DNA of 64,000 bases. It comes from Saccostrea echinata (taxonomy: Eukaryota). The position numbers and the translations under genes are program-made. The stretch lies in NCBI RefSeq assembly GCF_033153115.1, contig NW_026889869.1, positions 1 through 64,000 of the forward strand, in the 5' to 3' direction. The stretch's first letter is position 1. Every line of letters begins with the position of its first letter. Positions 61,444 to 64,000 of this stretch are shown one piece after another. The notes beneath the pieces are model-generated. The model saw nothing but the letters and a program-made list of their open reading frames with translations. It ran no database searches and was not told the DNA's origin.

Positions 61444-63587
61444 AATTTTTTTGTCCTGTTTTCTACAACTGATGTGAACGACGTTATCGACGATAAGGAA
61501 ATGAATGAAATCACCTCCGCCGATGGCCTTATTTGAGTGGCGGCGAGCGCGGACCTCCGTGAAAACTCCCCAATTGTCGAGAGCGTAGAGGATTGAACTC
61601 GTCAAACTTTGTGTTTCAATACCTGTTATTTTTCCGATTTTGTCCTCCCAATTTTACTTAATTTTCTCAAATATGTCACTGTGCGTTTTCTTGAAATAAT
61701 TTCCTACATAACTGTTTTTGTTTAAGGTTCTTAATCTGTCATTTTAAAGGAGGAATTGTCTGTTGATTCTGAAAATGCGCTGTTCCCTGGAGCCCAGAAG
61801 CGACTAATTTTGATTAAAACACGAAAACAAGAGGAATAGAACACGAGTAAGGGATTGAAGTACTTACTACATTGCTATGTGATAAAACATACATGTACAT
61901 TTCTTTCAATTGTCTTCTATGTTACTTAAAATCCGAATGAAAATGCAAACATTCGGCACAAACACGCGCACAATGGATAGTGATGTGTGCCTTGCATTTC
62001 ATATGAAATGGAGAGAGAGAGAAAAAAAAACAATCAAACAAAAGGGTCATATGAAGGGAAATCACGGAATCTCACAAATTGTTGAATGTTCAAATATATA
62101 TCTAATATACTTTCTAGATCAGTGGATGTTCACCCCCTTAAAGGGACAACATATAATTTCTTTTCGAATATTTAAATACATGACACCTACTTTATAATTA
62201 TAACACCGAGGACACCGGAAAGATCCAGACCGTACGTAACGTACCACATTCGGTGGTACAACGTCTGAATTTCTCAGTATAATTATATCATAAGAATATA
62301 CATAACTGACATCCTTGTAAATTACATGAAAAAAAAAAAAATCACATAAAAAGGGCGTGTATTTAATAATTGTAGAACACTCACTTAATTAGTAGTTATA
62401 CATAAGAGAGAGACAGAGAGAGACGAACAAGGCGAATAATGGGAGTAGCTTATTCATTGATATTAATTTGTTTCTTGTAATTTACACACACAAATAATTG
62501 AGTACATGTAAATAAACAGAATGTGGTCAAAAGCCAATGTATTTAAAATCTATATCTTTCAAGTTGAACAAGACAACCAGTATATAATACAAGACAATAC
62601 AATACATTGATAGAAGCATCAAATTGGTTGCACACTTTCCACGTGCAGATCATGATTCCCTGCATCTATATGTCACGTGACGATGCAGATGTGCTGCACG
62701 GCGCAGTGATGGACATCGCAATAAATGTAAAGTGTTGAAAAAAATGTCGTTTAGTCATTCGCATCGGTAGTCTATTCGAAAGAAAATTTACTACCAGTTT
62801 TTAATTGTGTTAGTACTGTAAGTATCCGGAAACTGGCATCGAGTTGCTTTTATTCACTCTTATTATGGGAAGCACACTTTTTTGAATAAGAACATTCAAG
62901 ACATAATATAAACCACATCTTCTTATTCTTATGAGATTCTTATATTCATAACTTTTATCTATTTTTATCAATTAGGAATTTTGTCTAAATAATCATCATA
63001 TAAAACAATAGCGAGGGGGAAAAAAAAGAAACATTAAGGATTTAACTGGAGTTACAGATCTTTTGAATATGTTAATAAAATAATGATCATATTTAAAAAT
63101 ATTTGTATCAAAGGAAAAAAATTGAAAGTTAGATCGCCATGTTAGATGATTTTCGCAGTTTCTAGTCTTAATTGGTCAATGAAATGGGTTTTTTTTTTTT
63201 CTTATCTCTTTGTTGAGTGAGCATTCAAGTAATACGTGAGAATTCAACATTTGTACGCAGGCCTATAAGGTTTGGATTCAACTGCCTATAACGAGAAAGA
63301 AAAAACGTACATATACGAATATACATGCGAGTCAATTTTAAAATTTATTGCTTTTGTTATTAACTTAATACATTTATTTATCATTAAATATATAACACTT
63401 TCTTTGATGTTTGATCTCTGTTCTGTGTTGAAAATTATTGAATTCGTGTGTTTCTATTATTTTCTAGCTATAATAATTGTTTACGTTTCAACTCGTTTGT
63501 AATGTAGGTATCTTTTCGAAAAGCTTATGTGGCCGTGAAAACGGCCGTTTGGTTTTGTGCTGCACACAACACAACTATAGGATCTTT

Positions 63588-63974
<387 letters not shown>

Positions 63975-64000
63975 TTATGTTCTTTCGTGTACAGTCAACG

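Overview
The whole window is a tandem array of animal replication-dependent histone genes, about 7.8 near-identical units. H3-to-H3 periods are 8250, 8235, 8255, 8246, 8242, 8248 and 8233 bp. Each unit is a quintet of intronless genes; read along the minus strand the order is H4> <H2B H2A> H1> H3>. Only H2A/H2B are divergent; H3 and H4 are in tandem. The H2B N-terminus ([18 protein letters not shown]), the H2A C-terminus (PKKTQKAAK) and an H1.0/H5-like H1 suggest a bivalve mollusc (inference). All five genes have a 3' stem-loop followed after exactly 13 nt by GAAAAGATRCCT, the putative U7-binding element. Four of the five stem-loops deviate from the metazoan consensus in gene-specific ways. 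The H1 and H2B promoters share a 16/17-identical H4 site II-like element. Four copies are damaged: two H1 frameshifts, one H2A frameshift and one H4 H75P. Every unit has a hard-masked 265-284 nt block at the same position, which cannot be read. The spacers hold a G-quadruplex motif, nested palindromes, a 75-bp GC-rich segment flanked by 10-bp direct repeats, and an E-box cluster. I found no novel protein-coding system, CRISPR array, tRNA or rRNA in the readable sequence; the non-histone ORFs are shadows. Regulatory features are given for unit 1 and recur in every unit that is present in the window.
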